Positions 35,690-48,800 of a stretch of 64,000 bases of DNA are shown here, one piece after another (the stretch's first letter is position 1; each line of letters starts with the position of its first letter). The notes below the pieces were generated by a model. That model did no database searches and had not been told where the DNA came from. It saw only the letters and a program-made list of their open reading frames with translations. The stretch covers positions 309,132 to 373,131 of the forward strand of contig NIVC01001051.1 in the NCBI GenBank assembly GCA_002269645.1, read 5' to 3'. Source of the stretch: Macrostomum lignano (Eukaryota). The position numbers and the translations under genes were made by a program.

Positions 35690-36966
35690 CCTCCGCTTCA
35701 CCTATTTATTAGGGCGGAGGCTATGAAGTCTGCCTCCCGGCTTATCAGAGATAAAACGTTAAATAACGCGCCCTCTGGCTTTATGCCAATGAAAACATTA
35801 ATCCCGCATATGGACTTTGTCCGCCGCGACCTTAACAACATCCACATGGACCTGGGCAATGTGGATAGTCGACCTCCCGCCCTCAACATCAGGAGGGGCT
35901 TCAAGACCGCCATCCCTGGCCGAGACAACATTCCGCTGGATGTCGGTGTGAACCGGCGCAGCCAGGGCATTCACTGCTTCACCGACGGCTCGCTGTTCAA
36001 CGGCCGCGCTGGAGCGGGTATTGCCATTTTCCACGAGGGTAAGATGCTTCTCCAGGAAAGTCTGCACCTCGGTGAGAACACCTCAGTTTTCCAAGCTGAA
36101 ATTTGCGCCATTGAGCAGTGTGCCCAGCAACTGTTTCAGGCGAACATTAATAATTTTGACATTAATTTCTACACTGATAGCCAAGCTGCTATTAAGGCCT
36201 TAACCACTGAGAATATCTCCGCTGCTACAGTATCTCAATGCCACCGCAGTGTGCAATCTCTCTCAGTCCTTAACAGGATTAGAATTATCTGGACACCTGG
36301 TCACAGCAACATCCTGGGCAACGAGCTCGCAGACTCTCTCGCCAAGGAGGGCAGCAACCCAGACGGCAACCACCGTCTGATGAGGCTACCCACCCCCAGG
36401 TCGCAAGTCACCCGCCATATCAACAGGTGGCTCCATCAGCAGCACCAGCTCCACTGGAACAGCTGCACCGAGTACAGGCAGAGCCGCTCTGCCATGCCTA
36501 ACCTGAACAGGAAAGTCTCTGATTATCTGATTTCGCTTAACAGAACCGACCTCAGGGAGATGTGCATGGTCCTAACCGGCCACGGATTCTTCCAGAGACA
36601 TATATCGTTGCAAACCGGTTGCCCTCCCACCTGTCCCTTCTGTGGCATAGGAGAGGAGACCGCGGAGCATCACGTCACCTTCTGCCCTTACTTCAACAAG
36701 GCGCGGCACAAATACCTCGGCCACCCCAGCGGATGGACGAGCTGACCACCGCGGACAATATCCGAGACCTCCGCGCCTTCGTCCGGGACTCCGGCCGGAT
36801 GAGGGTCGCCGATGCCTCCACTGCGGACCTGCCGACTACTGGCGGGGACTGGGCGCACCCCCAAGGCTAATCCTTGTGCTCTTTTACCTTGGGGTTGCGA
36901 TAGGGGCCTCGCGGCCTATTCGCGGCGCCTGCGCCCCCCGTCAGTAGTAAGTAGTAAGTAGTAAGT
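35690..36966 (+). mobile_element. 5'-truncated non-LTR retrotransposon with RNase H (LOA/R1/I-group type)
   Basis: [11 protein letters not shown], then RNase H motifs [26 protein letters not shown] and [21 protein letters not shown], followed by LTGHG and the C-terminal knuckle CPFC...[12 protein letters not shown] one-base frameshift falls in the C-run at 36724-36727. There is a structured 3' UTR and an (AGTAGTA)n tail at 36943-36966. Confidence 0.93.
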
Positions 36967-37620
36967 AAGCTACCAGGTAACAAGCTACCAGGTAACAAGC
37001 TACCAGGTAACAAGCTACCAGGTAACAAGCTACCAGGTAACAAGCTACCAGGTAACAAGCTACCAGGTAACAAGCTACCAGGTAACAAGCTACCAGGTAA
37101 CAAGCTACCAGGTAACAAGCTACCAGGTAACAAGCTACCAGGTAACAAGCTACCAGGTAACAAGCTACCAGGTAACAAGCTACCAGGTAACAAGCTACCA
37201 GGTAACAAGCTACCAGGTAACAAGCTACCAGGTAACAAGCTACCAGGTAACAAGCTACCAGGTAACAAGCTACCAGGTAACAAGCTACCAGGTAACAAGC
37301 TACCAGGTAACAAGCTACCAGGTAACAAGCTACCAGGTAACAAGCTACCAGGTAACAAGCTACCAGGTAACAAGCTACCAGGTAACAAGCTACCAGGTAA
37401 CAAGCTACCAGGTAACAAGCTACCAGGTAACAAGCTACCAGGTAACAAGCTACCAGGTAACAAGCTACCAGGTAACAAGCTACCAGGTAACAAGCTACCA
37501 GGTAACAAGCTACCAGGTAACAAGCTACCAGGTAACAAGCTACCAGGTAACAAGCTACCAGGTAACAAGCTACCAGGTAACAAGCTACCAGGTAACAAGC
37601 AACAGGGTAACAAGCTACCA
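36967..37620. repeat. 15-bp tandem array, right arm (~43 units)
   Basis: Resumes at AAGCTACCA; only one variant unit (GGTAACAAGCAACAG) near the end. Confidence 0.98.
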
Positions 37621-37725
37621 GTTCTAGGTTTCAGTCGGATATTAGAAGTTAAAGTCCCTCCCAGTCCCTCAGCTGCACAATATCGCATCAGACAATGAAA
37701 ATTTTTCGCAAGGCAAAAATTCGAA

Positions 37726-40700
37726 TCAGCTGGCAGTCTGCAGCAGTTGGCCATCTTGCCGGCTGCCGCTCCTGCCCAGCATTGCGGTACTCCTGGACTG
37801 AGCGCTGAGAACAGACGGCGAGGTGCACATCGAAGCGTTCATGAACAGTTCAACGTCTCTCAGGTCCGGCCGGCCGGACGAGCCGGCCAGCAGTTTGGGG
37901 ATTCGCATGGGGTTGCGCTTCGACCTGGTGAAGCTGCCGATCAGCTCGTACCAGTAGTATGACGCGCACACCATCAGCAGCTCGGCGAATTCGAACAGGG
38001 TCACTATGCTGAACCCGATCCACAGGCCGAGGACGCCTGCGGATGGGGGAGAGTCAAGTGGGGTCATTGGTTTGGGAGTGTTGTCCACTTGTATGCATCA
38101 ACATTCCCTACACGTTCTTTCAGCCCCAGTGGGATTAATAGAGAGAAACTGAGGAATCACTTATGCCAACCTAGGCCCCTAGAATATAGGGCAGAGCAGT
38201 TCGCGCCACTCTGGCGCCACGACCCCTGGTTCGATTCGATGCAACGCAAAGCACAAAAAAGCAGCATCCCAGTTAAAGGTCGCAATTGAGTGCTTCTGTT
38301 AAAAAACAGAAAGACTTTGCCTTTTAATAGGTACAGTTGCTTTTTAAAAATTCATGTTTTATCGTGTTTTAAATTCTAAGTCGCTTCACCAATCGGGTTC
38401 GTGGGGAGAGTGGGGTCGCCAAGATTTCAATCACTCAGGGTTAGTCCGCAGCCCTTGAGCTCTTGCGGGCTGCAGTGACTCTTAAAATCGAGGCAGCACC
38501 AGGTCAGGGTAGAAGGGGGTGCATAAGCATTGCAATAGTAAATTTTTTACCAATTAAAAGCTTACGTTCTCGCACACTTCAACGCGACAGATATGCGGTG
38601 GCCAGTGGAACCATTTGCGCTGGGAGGGTTGGGAACAGGAACTATACTCAACAAGTCTCTCGATCTGACTAATCGTTTAACTGCAGGATTGAGACCAGTT
38701 TAGCCTATGGACTGCTTTATTAGTTTGTTTTATTCATAGTTTAGCGACTAGGAAGAGACTTCGCTTAATAGGCTACTGGTATATACGCAATGGTTCGGAA
38801 TTTCAATATCACTCCGCGATAAATTATATCACATTGGTTTGGTTAGCATCTCCGACCAGTCCTTATAGGCTCCACTGTTCAGGAAGACGCTTGACGGATG
38901 CCCCGTTCGGTTCGTACCGTATAGCTTATTAAGCTTATTAATAACAATAGTCCAGCTTATTGGCTTCGGCTATGGTGATTTATGACTGACTGTGTCTGCC
39001 AGTGCAGTGCAGTAGGCTCAGAAGGTTTAGTCTAGATTTTGAAGTCCTTCAGTTCGCGCCGCTTTCAACCGCTTCCAACGATTTCGTGTGACCCCGTTAG
39101 CTACGATTATCTGTGAGGCAACTTTAACCATGCAAGATAGTCTTCCTTTGTTAACACCCAGAACTCAGAAACCTGAGCTTGACCTTCACATGACCTTGAA
39201 AACCCCGAAGTCACTTGACCTTGAAGGTAAACACCAAGTCACGTGACTCTGAAAGTATCTAATTCATGAGACCTTGAGCCTCTTCACGGCAATCGGTTCT
39301 AGAACCAGAATCAATTCGAGTTCTAGAACCAGAACCATGTTCCGGAACTGATTCTGTTTTTCGAACCATCAATATGAAGAGCGTCGAACCGGTTCGGAAC
39401 CGGTTCCGTTTTTCGAACCGGCGATATGAAGAGGCTCCTTAAAAGTCGCTCCCGAGCTGTATGATCTTGAAAGGAATCCCAACAATCTGATAGCAAAACC
39501 CCGTTCAGTGCTATGAGTTCTCAAAGAAAATCGTGCATAGCGCATGGATGAATAAAATATCTGGATCGCCAAAAGCTCAATTTGTTTGGTCCTAGCCATA
39601 GACAGGCACCAGCATCACAAGAAGCTCATGACGCCATGAATTTATTGTCTTCACTTGACTCTCATTTGTCAAGTTTGCTTGCAACTCATTTGGCTGTTTG
39701 TTTTCGCCTTTTATTGTTTGTTTGTCAAGGTTTGCAGCTTCTGCAACTGCTATTTGTCTATGTGTGAAAGTACGGCGTCATGCGCTTCTTGTGATGCTGG
39801 TGCCTGTCTATGGCTAGGACCAAACAAATCGAGCTTTTGGCGATCCAGTTACATTATTCATCCATGGTATAGCGTCCTTCTACTTCAGTTGTCCATGGAA
39901 TCTATTTCCAGACTCCGGGACTCCATTTTTCTGTTAACTCTATGAATAACTATCCTATGATAGGCTGTCATAACAAACCTCATACTGCGCTATTAATTAT
40001 TCCATTAGCCGGTTTTATAAGAATACTTTGGAATTCTCGGTGGACAGATCTTCGTCTCTTGTCGATGCGAGAGAAAAATAGATTTAGAATCTCGGTCATC
40101 ACTGGAATTATGGAAAGCATGGAATTATTAATTAAGCCATTAGTTGGCTGCTGCTCAGTTTTGCTAGGCTTTATAGGTCCTAAGTCCGACGTCACGTCTG
40201 CTAGCTAATGACTAAAGGTCTGCGCGTCATCTTATGTCGGCCACACGGCATGGGGGTCATAAAAGCAGGAAGATCCAGGTAATCCCACTTCACACCGTCA
40301 AGTTATTTTTATACATTTGACCTTGAATCATGCACGCTGCGCGTGAAAGGACTAAGAAGGTGGTCCTTGGTCCTAAGCTGGTTATCTGATAGAAGCAGAC
40401 AAGAATATATCTTGTCTGATCCAAATTTTCCAACACTGATCCCTTACTGTAAACGTACCAGGGTATACGTACTCCGACGCACCCTCGCACAGGGTGTACA
40501 AGATTTACGTAGAAAAGCCTTCTTTTACGAAAACAGTTCTATGAAATTTTTGAAGTGCCTTTCCTACTTGAGAAGTCTTTGACCTGCCCCTGCCTGCAGT
40601 ACCACAGCAGTTCAGGGTTCAAATCAATAACCGTCTGTTCTGGGGTTTTCTTTAACTGTAACCCGAATTGACACTGCCCATGCCATGTGGTGCTTCAGTG

Positions 40701-42711
40701 CGTAATACCCCTACCGAACAACAGAAGTGCAGAGTGGTAGACTCTACTGAGCTGGAAGAATCTTGTTTTTTGAAAGCTCCCTGCTGGATTGAGATAATTC
40801 GAAAATCACCTGACGCTTAAGGCACACGTGCAGGAATGCGAGGGCTAATTCTAATTGTTAGTGTGCCGCAACAGTTGTTATAATGTTTAGTAGGCCACAA
40901 CACCAAACAGCCACATCACCAAACAGCCACATCACCAAACAGCCACATCACCAAACAGCCACATCACCAAACAGCCACATCACCAAACAGCCACCTCACC
41001 AAACAGCCACCTCACCAAACAGCCACACAATACAACACAGTTAGCACCATAAAAGCCTATTCTGTAGAAAAAGAAACGCACCACCCATGTCCGAGCAGAG
41101 ATTGACCAGCTCGTAGCTCCTCTCCTCAATGATGTGCCGCACGGTGAGCGTCTCCGGGTAGACCCGCAGCTGCACTATGGATCTGCGCACGAACAGCTGC
41201 ACCCGGTGGCACTCTTTTGGCTCCGGCACCGTCATGTCCTGCGTGTCGTAAGTCTGGCAGCTGTTGGTGTTCAGCTTGTGGTGCTGCATCGACCGTGCCA
41301 AAGCCGACACCGGCATCTCGTCGCCGTGCTGTCGCTCGTACTCGTCAAGCATCTGAGCAATTTTTATCATCTGAATCTGAGCGTTGCGCACCTTGAATGA
41401 GTCTTCAGGCCAAGGGCACTGGGACAGGCTGTACGAGTACTTATTGTAGTTGCAGGAGTCGTAGCAGCTCTCCGGCTTCACTGCATTCTCGGACACATTG
41501 TCGGCGCACATCATCCTGGTTAGGGGCACGTCCAGGCTGGGGTCCATCTGTCGCATTAGTAAGCCGATCTTGATGTAATCGCCCAGGCCTTGGGGTGGCC
41601 CCTCCAGGCTGTCCAGAGCCTTCCTGTAGAGTCGCTTCACAGCGGCAACTCGGCCTGGAGTCGTCACCCCGATCAAGTCGTGGCAAAAGCTCTCGGTGGT
41701 GCTGTTGAAGCCAGGTTTCAGGATCACGTGACTCTCGAGCAGACAGGTGCAGAGCTTGTAAACTTCCTGATGGTACTCGGCTTTGATGCAGTCGAACAGT
41801 TGACGCTCGTAGCTTCGAGTGAAGTTGAACTGATTGTCGAATAGCTCCAGCTGCACGTCCGGCACGCACGGATGCGTGGGCGTGTTGGCCAGAGAGGTTT
41901 TCACCTGCTCGAGGCCGACAGCGGTCAGCGTACCGGTGGGCGCCATGATTCCGTACTCTAACGGGTGCGGGATGGTGTCCCGCTGGTGAATCTGGAACCG
42001 GATGCCGTTATTTTCTAGTCCGGAAGCAAGCCTGGCCAGGCTGTCCAGCTTGAAGCTGGGGTCAGCCGAGGGCACGTAGAGCAGCAGGAAGAGGCCCCGG
42101 TCCATGCCGCTGCTGCGGAGGTGCCTTGCCGGCGGCTTGAATGTGAAGCAGTTGGTGTACAGTCGGTGGTAGAACACCCGGAAGTTGTGATGACTGCAGG
42201 GCTCGCCGTCGAATGTGCAGTAGAGCACCATGTCCATCGGCCGGATGTTTACGTTGGTGATGTTGAGCAGGTGCTCCCAGGTGGTATAGATCATTTCGAT
42301 TGCTTTGCGTTCCTTCCGCCAGTCGTTCTCGGTGCCGAAGTGGCTGTACACCAGGCTATAGGTGATCACCCGTTCGTCCACTCTGTCGGCTTGTTTTGCC
42401 AGTTCTGCGCTGCTGTTGTGAAAGAATCGCTTATTGAGCGGGTCGCAGAAGGTCAGGTCTGGAAACTCGAACGAGTTCGGCTCCTGCCGGTTGGTGCTGC
42501 TCACTGGATACTGCAGGTAGGTCGTCACCTGTTTTGTCGCGTGAATGATGGCACCAAGCAGGGCGCACGACACAATGCCGATCCAGACCATGCGCACCCA
42601 GTTCTGGCCGGAGTTGATCCTGCTGAATCCGTGTGCCGTTGTACCGCTGGTGAAGTTGTGTACGTAGCCGCGAAGCATCGCTCGACGACTGCGCTGCAAG
42701 TCTGACGTCAT
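37726..42711 (-). CDS. DEG/ENaC-family channel, FaNaC-like, 2 exons, 646 aa
   Basis: Exons 42711-41082 and 38036-37726 (phase 1, GTGCGT...CCGCAG). Shows the N-terminal HG motif (TTAHGFSRI), TM1, FPDLTFC, a Cys-rich ectodomain, GIRFQIH and TM2 LCSDMGGVLGLWIGFSIVTLFEF with a GFS filter. Long thumb and knuckle insertions resemble FaNaC-type channels; the subfamily call is inference. Confidence 0.92.
39543..39866. mobile_element. MITE with ~90-bp terminal inverted repeats in the DEG/ENaC intron
   Basis: 39561-39635 (CTGGATCGCCAAAAGCTCAATTTGTTTGGTCCTAGCCATAGACAGGCACCAGCATCACAAGAAGCTCATGACGCC) pairs with 39774-39848 with about 2 mismatches, extending outward to CATGGATGAATAA. The TSD is unclear. 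Confidence 0.85.
40905..41030. repeat. 16-bp minisatellite (CACCAAACAGCCACAT)
   Basis: About 7 copies just inside the DEG/ENaC intron donor end. Confidence 0.9.
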
Positions 42712-43657
42712 TTTGCAAGTCTCTGGCCAGACTGCTGGGAGTCCACAGCATATTGTCCAGACTACTGCATGGCGCCGTGCGAGCGAGTTTTAACAGTAGA
42801 GATTTACCGCTCGAAAAGCTTAGAGGAGGCCGTTCATATGTATATTAGAGTTCAATCTAGTTCGGGTTGGGTGGCACAGCTAGCAGCCAATGGTGGCGCT
42901 CTCAGTCATTCGCTTCCTCTCAGTTGAGGCACAAATATAGCTTGTATTCAGTCGAAGCCATGCGTATTGGGCACCACATTGAGCGTTGCCAGCCAATGTT
43001 TTACGTCTTTTTGCGTTCTAATTCGATAAAACTGCATTCATTTTCATCTTCACCATGAACGCAGTTTTATCGAAATAGAACGCAAAAATGTGTAGTGTTT
43101 GAACAGTTAATGGTGAAGCCAGTGTAAGTTTAGCAGTTCTGTGCTTCCTTGGCAACCAATGCTGTAGCCATAGATAAAGTTCCAAATTACCAATAGCCAT
43201 AACGAAGTACATTATTACAGAGCAGCACTATTGCCAACGTTCTGGCGGTTGATTTAGTCGAATGAAAAATTCAGACAGTTGCCTGAAGAAAAACTTGCAA
43301 AGCTTCAGGCGCTGCATTGCCCATCATTCGTGCTGCGTGCGCGGGGCTGTGGAAACCAGCCCCACACCCGCGCCATCTGCGCGAAGTACTACTTGACTAC
43401 TTGGTCCCGGATTGGGGTAGCGCTGGCTGTTATTAAGGAACTGCTTTTCTTGCACTCGTTTGGCATCGTATATTAAACTAGAAGCAATTCAACAGCAGCT
43501 TCTGCCCGTGAAAGCAGACTTCTTGGTCTGGAAAAATTGATATCTTCTGCTTTTAGGGTATCCGTGCACCGGAAACTCCCTAGCTTTAGACAGTTGCTGG
43601 GGGGTGCACTAGCTGCACTGCTGGAAATAAAGTTAATTGTAGAGGAACAGTTGCTTG

Positions 43658-44438
<781 letters not shown>

Positions 44439-45860
44439 TTCCGCCGCATATTTGCACAACTGGATCTGGTGTGTATTGGAGCTGCAGCAGTTCAGTGCTG
44501 CTTCATGGAATCATAAACTGCCTGCCCTTTATGTGGATGTGTCTTGAAAAATTATTTCATAGCTTTACATGTAGTGCGTTAAGAAATGTTTGTTTTAACG
44601 AAAACGTGCATGCGTTTAAAATTTAAGATTTTCAGCCCAAGACTTGGGCAAGGATTTAGTCGTAGAAGATCAAAAGAGTCAGGTTCTATGATCTCTAGGT
44701 ACAGGGGATGTGCGTAGAATAAAAAATTAACATAGAATCCTAACTTTCTAAACGAATAGCTTCATGACTATCATGTAATGGAGCTACTATGAGAAAAGCA
44801 CAGCATCCCAAAGACATCTGGTCTGCCTCCTATCGAAAGCAATGATATTTTTGTGCTGAAAAATACAAACTTCATATTTACTTAGTGTATTTTTTTCGAA
44901 GAAAACCATTTGGAAATTTCTAAAGTTTCCAAGCTTCCCGTCCTTCTTCTTGAGTAGTCCAAGTGAACTGTGCCGATCCGTTTGTCAAGCTGAATTCAAA
45001 AGTGTGCATTTTATAGAATTAAAATAAAATTAACGTATTGTTTTTTAAAAAAAGTAAAAAATTATAGAACTATAAATGTGACCTAATTATTTACAAAAGG
45101 TCTGAGCAATCTAAGAATTAATACAAATGATTGTGCAAAACAAAAAATGTCATTAAATCCACAACTGGGCGGGAGTTTAAGTTGACTGCGGCGACATAGT
45201 TTTTTTTCAAGGTTAACCTTACTTTAGAGAGTATTTATTTTATTTTTATGTGATTTTACACTTTTTAAAACATAAGAATATTTTCAGTATAGAATAAATA
45301 AAAATATTTGAGTCTCTTTTGGTAATTGCCGCGATGAATGTCATAGAGTCATGAGTCATTACATTCCTTTCAAATCGACTAGAGTCACGAGACTACTGGC
45401 TAGGCGAGGCAAAGACAATTAAGTTGGTCGGATCGGATATAAATTTTTTAATTCAATTTTTAAGTCCAACAACTGCATCATCTCATAGCTCTTAATTTTA
45501 TATATTAAGTGTATACTTTATTTTTATTGCATTTTATATTTATGTATTATAATAATATTAATATTACTAGTTCTTCTAACTTCTAATATTTTAAATATCT
45601 AAGTGATAGATAGTCACTACTAACAAATCAGCCAGTGTTTTATATTAAAGGCTTCTAATTAAAATCAAATTTGACAGGGCCTTCATCACTTTTATATTTT
45701 TAAAAATAGAGAATAGATGTATATTTTTATTGTAAAGCTGATCGAAGGGAATATATCATATATTTTAAATTTTTAGGTTTTTGACTAAACTAAAAAATTT
45801 AACATACTAATTAACCCTACATATATTCTATATTTCAGTGTGCTTAATAAACTGTTTCAC

Positions 45861-48800
45861 ATGGTACAAAGTAAGTATATTTGAAGAAATGCATATTGTT
45901 GTAAAATGTGGAAGAAACCCATCTTAATGCTGCAATATCAGTGCTCTTACCCTCAATCACTTCAGTTACAGAAGATCTAGTTCGGCGAAGAGCTGAACAC
46001 AATGAGTGCCAGATCAGCACTTTGGAAGAGCTGTCTCTGCATCAGCAAGATATTGAAAAGTGAGCTCAAATATTTGCTTGTTAATTTATCAATTAGATTT
46101 TCAAATTTTTAACCTAATTATATTTTCTATTGACAGAATCGAACACTTGGACAAGTGGTGCAGAGATCTGAAAATTCTATACTTGCAGAGCAACCTGATT
46201 GGCAAAATTGGTGAGTTTGAAGATCCTAATTAAAATCTGATTTTTATTTTACATTCAGAGGTGCCACTATTTTCTTCAAGTGGGGTGCAATTAAAAAGAG
46301 GGAGTTCTGGCGCCACCTCCCTCAAACCAGTTCTGGCGCCACCTCCCTCAAACCAGTTCTGGCGCCACCTCCCTCAAACCAGTTCTGGCGCCACCTCCCT
46401 CAAACCAGTTCTGGCGCCACCTCCCTCAAACCAGTTCTGGCGCCACCTCCCTCAAACCAGTTCTGGCGCCACCTCCCTCAAACCAGTTCTGGCGCCACCT
46501 CCCTCAAACCAGTTCTGGCGCCACCTCCCTCAAACCAGTTCTGGCGCCACCTCCCTCAAACCAATTCTGGCGCGTTCTTGGGCCAGCTTATTTACATGTT
46601 GACACCCCAAACCCGCCGTATCCGCACGCAGAGAATGTTGGCCGGCTAAAGAAACTCGAATACTTGAACTTGGCGCTAAACAACATTGAGCGAGTGGAGA
46701 ATCTCGAAGGCTGCGAGTCTCTGGCGAAGCTCGACCTGACGGTGAACTTCATCGGAGATATTCTGTCCTTGGCCAGCCTGACAGGCCTGGTGAACCTTAG
46801 GGAGCTCTACCTCACTGGGAATCCTTGCGCCCAGTTCGAATCCTACAGAGATTTTGTTATCTGCACGTTGCCGCAGCTCAAGGTTTGACCATCTGATCTC
46901 TTCTGAGAATTTGATGCTCCCTTCGAAATTAAGAAGTCTTCTCTTTCCTCTTTCAGTACCTTGATGGAGAAGAGATCAGCCGGTCCGAGCGAATCAAAGC
47001 TGAACAGGTGACTCTTTATTGAAGTACGAATTTGATTGGAACCTAAGTAGTACAATTCTAAATGACGTTAAAAAATCTAGTTCATTGCTAAAGTACAAGT
47101 ATAATTCTAATGCTAAGGTTTTAGTGGACGCTTTGTAAGTCAAATAGACGCAAAAAGCAAATTTAAGGTCGACATTAAAGTGCAAATCTTAGTGCAGTAG
47201 CCGCTAAATGTACAACTATAACTGGCACTAAAGTACAAAAAATGTAGACAATAAAGTAAAAATCAAGGTACACACTAGGGTACAAATCAAGGCAGAAACT
47301 AAAGTACAAGTCGAGGCAGACACTAAAGAACAAGTCAAGGCAGACACAAAAGTACAAGTCAAGGCAGACACTAGAGTAAAATCAAGGCAGATACTAAAGT
47401 AAAATCAAGGCAGACACTAAAGTACAAGTCAAGGCAGACACTAAAGTACAAGTCAAGGCAGACACTAAAGTACAAGTCAAGGCAGACACTAGAGTAAAAT
47501 CAAGGCAGATACTAAAGTAAAATCAAGGCAGACACTAGAGTAAAATCAAGGCAGATACTAAAGTAAAATCAAGGCAGACACTAAAGAACAAGTCAAGGCA
47601 GACACAAAAGTACAAGTCAAGGCAGACACTAGAGTAAAATCAAGGCAGATACTAAAGTAAAATCAAGGCAGACACTAAAGTACAAGTCAAGGCAGACACT
47701 AAAGTACAAGTCAAGGCAGACACTAGAGTAAAATCAAGGCAGATACTAAAGTAAAATCAAGGCAGACACTAAAGTACAAGTCAAGGCAGACACTAAAGTA
47801 CAAGTCAAGGCAGACACTAGAGTAAAATCAAGGCAGATACTAAAGTAAAATCAAGGCAGACACTAAAGTACAAATCAAGGTAGACGTTAAAGTACAATTC
47901 AAGACGACTCTAAAAGTACACCCGTTTTTTATTTTTTATCAGTTTCTTACAATAATTCCTATCTTTCTTATCAACTAAAACTCAGCCACCCATCATCACG
48001 CGCACAGAACTACCCGTTTATTTACGAGCGCACGCGTCAAGCGCAGGCGGACTGGGCCAGACAGCGGGAGGTCGAACGCCAGGAAGCGGCCGAGAGGCAG
48101 CGGGAACGGGAAAAACTGAAGGCTGCGGGTGCCGGACTGGATGAACAGTGAGGCACTGGCAGATTGGGGATGATGGCAGTGAGGCACTGGCAGATTGGGG
48201 ATGATGGTAGTGAGGCACTGGCAGATTGGGGATGATGGCAGTGAGGCACTGGCAGATTGGGGATGATGGCAGTGAGGCACTGGCAGATTGGGGATGATGG
48301 CAGTGAGGCACTGGCAGATTGGGGATGATGGCAGTGAGGCACTGGCAGATTGGGGATGATGGCAGTGAGGCACTGGCAGATTGGGGTTGATGGCAGTGAG
48401 GCACTGGCAGATTGGGGATGATGGCAGTGAGGCACTGGCAGATTGGGGATGATGGCAGTGAGGCACTGGCAGATTGGGGATGATGGCAGTGAGGCACTGG
48501 CAGATTGGAGATGATGGCAGTGAGGCACTGGCAGATTGGAGATGATGGCAGTGAGGCACTGGCAGATTGGGGATGATGGCAGTGAGGCACTGGCAGATTG
48601 GGGATGATGGCAGTGAGGCACTGGCAGATTGGGGATGATGGTAGTGAGGCACTGGCAGATTGGGGATGATGGCAGTGAGGCACTGGCAGATTGGGGGTGA
48701 TGGCAGTGAGGCACTGGCAGATTGGGGATGATGGCAGTGAGGCACTGGCAGTTCGCAGTCTGATTCACCCGCAGGTTCATGCAGGAGAAGGTGCCCTACA

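Noticed and set aside
34604-36745. 713-aa ORF (VTSYQ)n fused to RNase H
   Set aside because: The N-terminal half is the 15-bp array (period divisible by 3, no stop). The in-frame fusion to the truncated retroelement is incidental, and no evidence of a real chimeric protein is visible.
39170-39460. TGACCTTGA repeats and GAACCGGTTC palindromes as a regulatory module
   Set aside because: Look like subterminal motifs of decayed DNA transposons; no boundaries definable.
43270-43657. DIRS-like RT/RNase H remnant (LPEEKLAKL...PHTRAI...)
   Set aside because: Only vague motif resemblance across frameshifts; needs a tBLASTn/HMM search to support.
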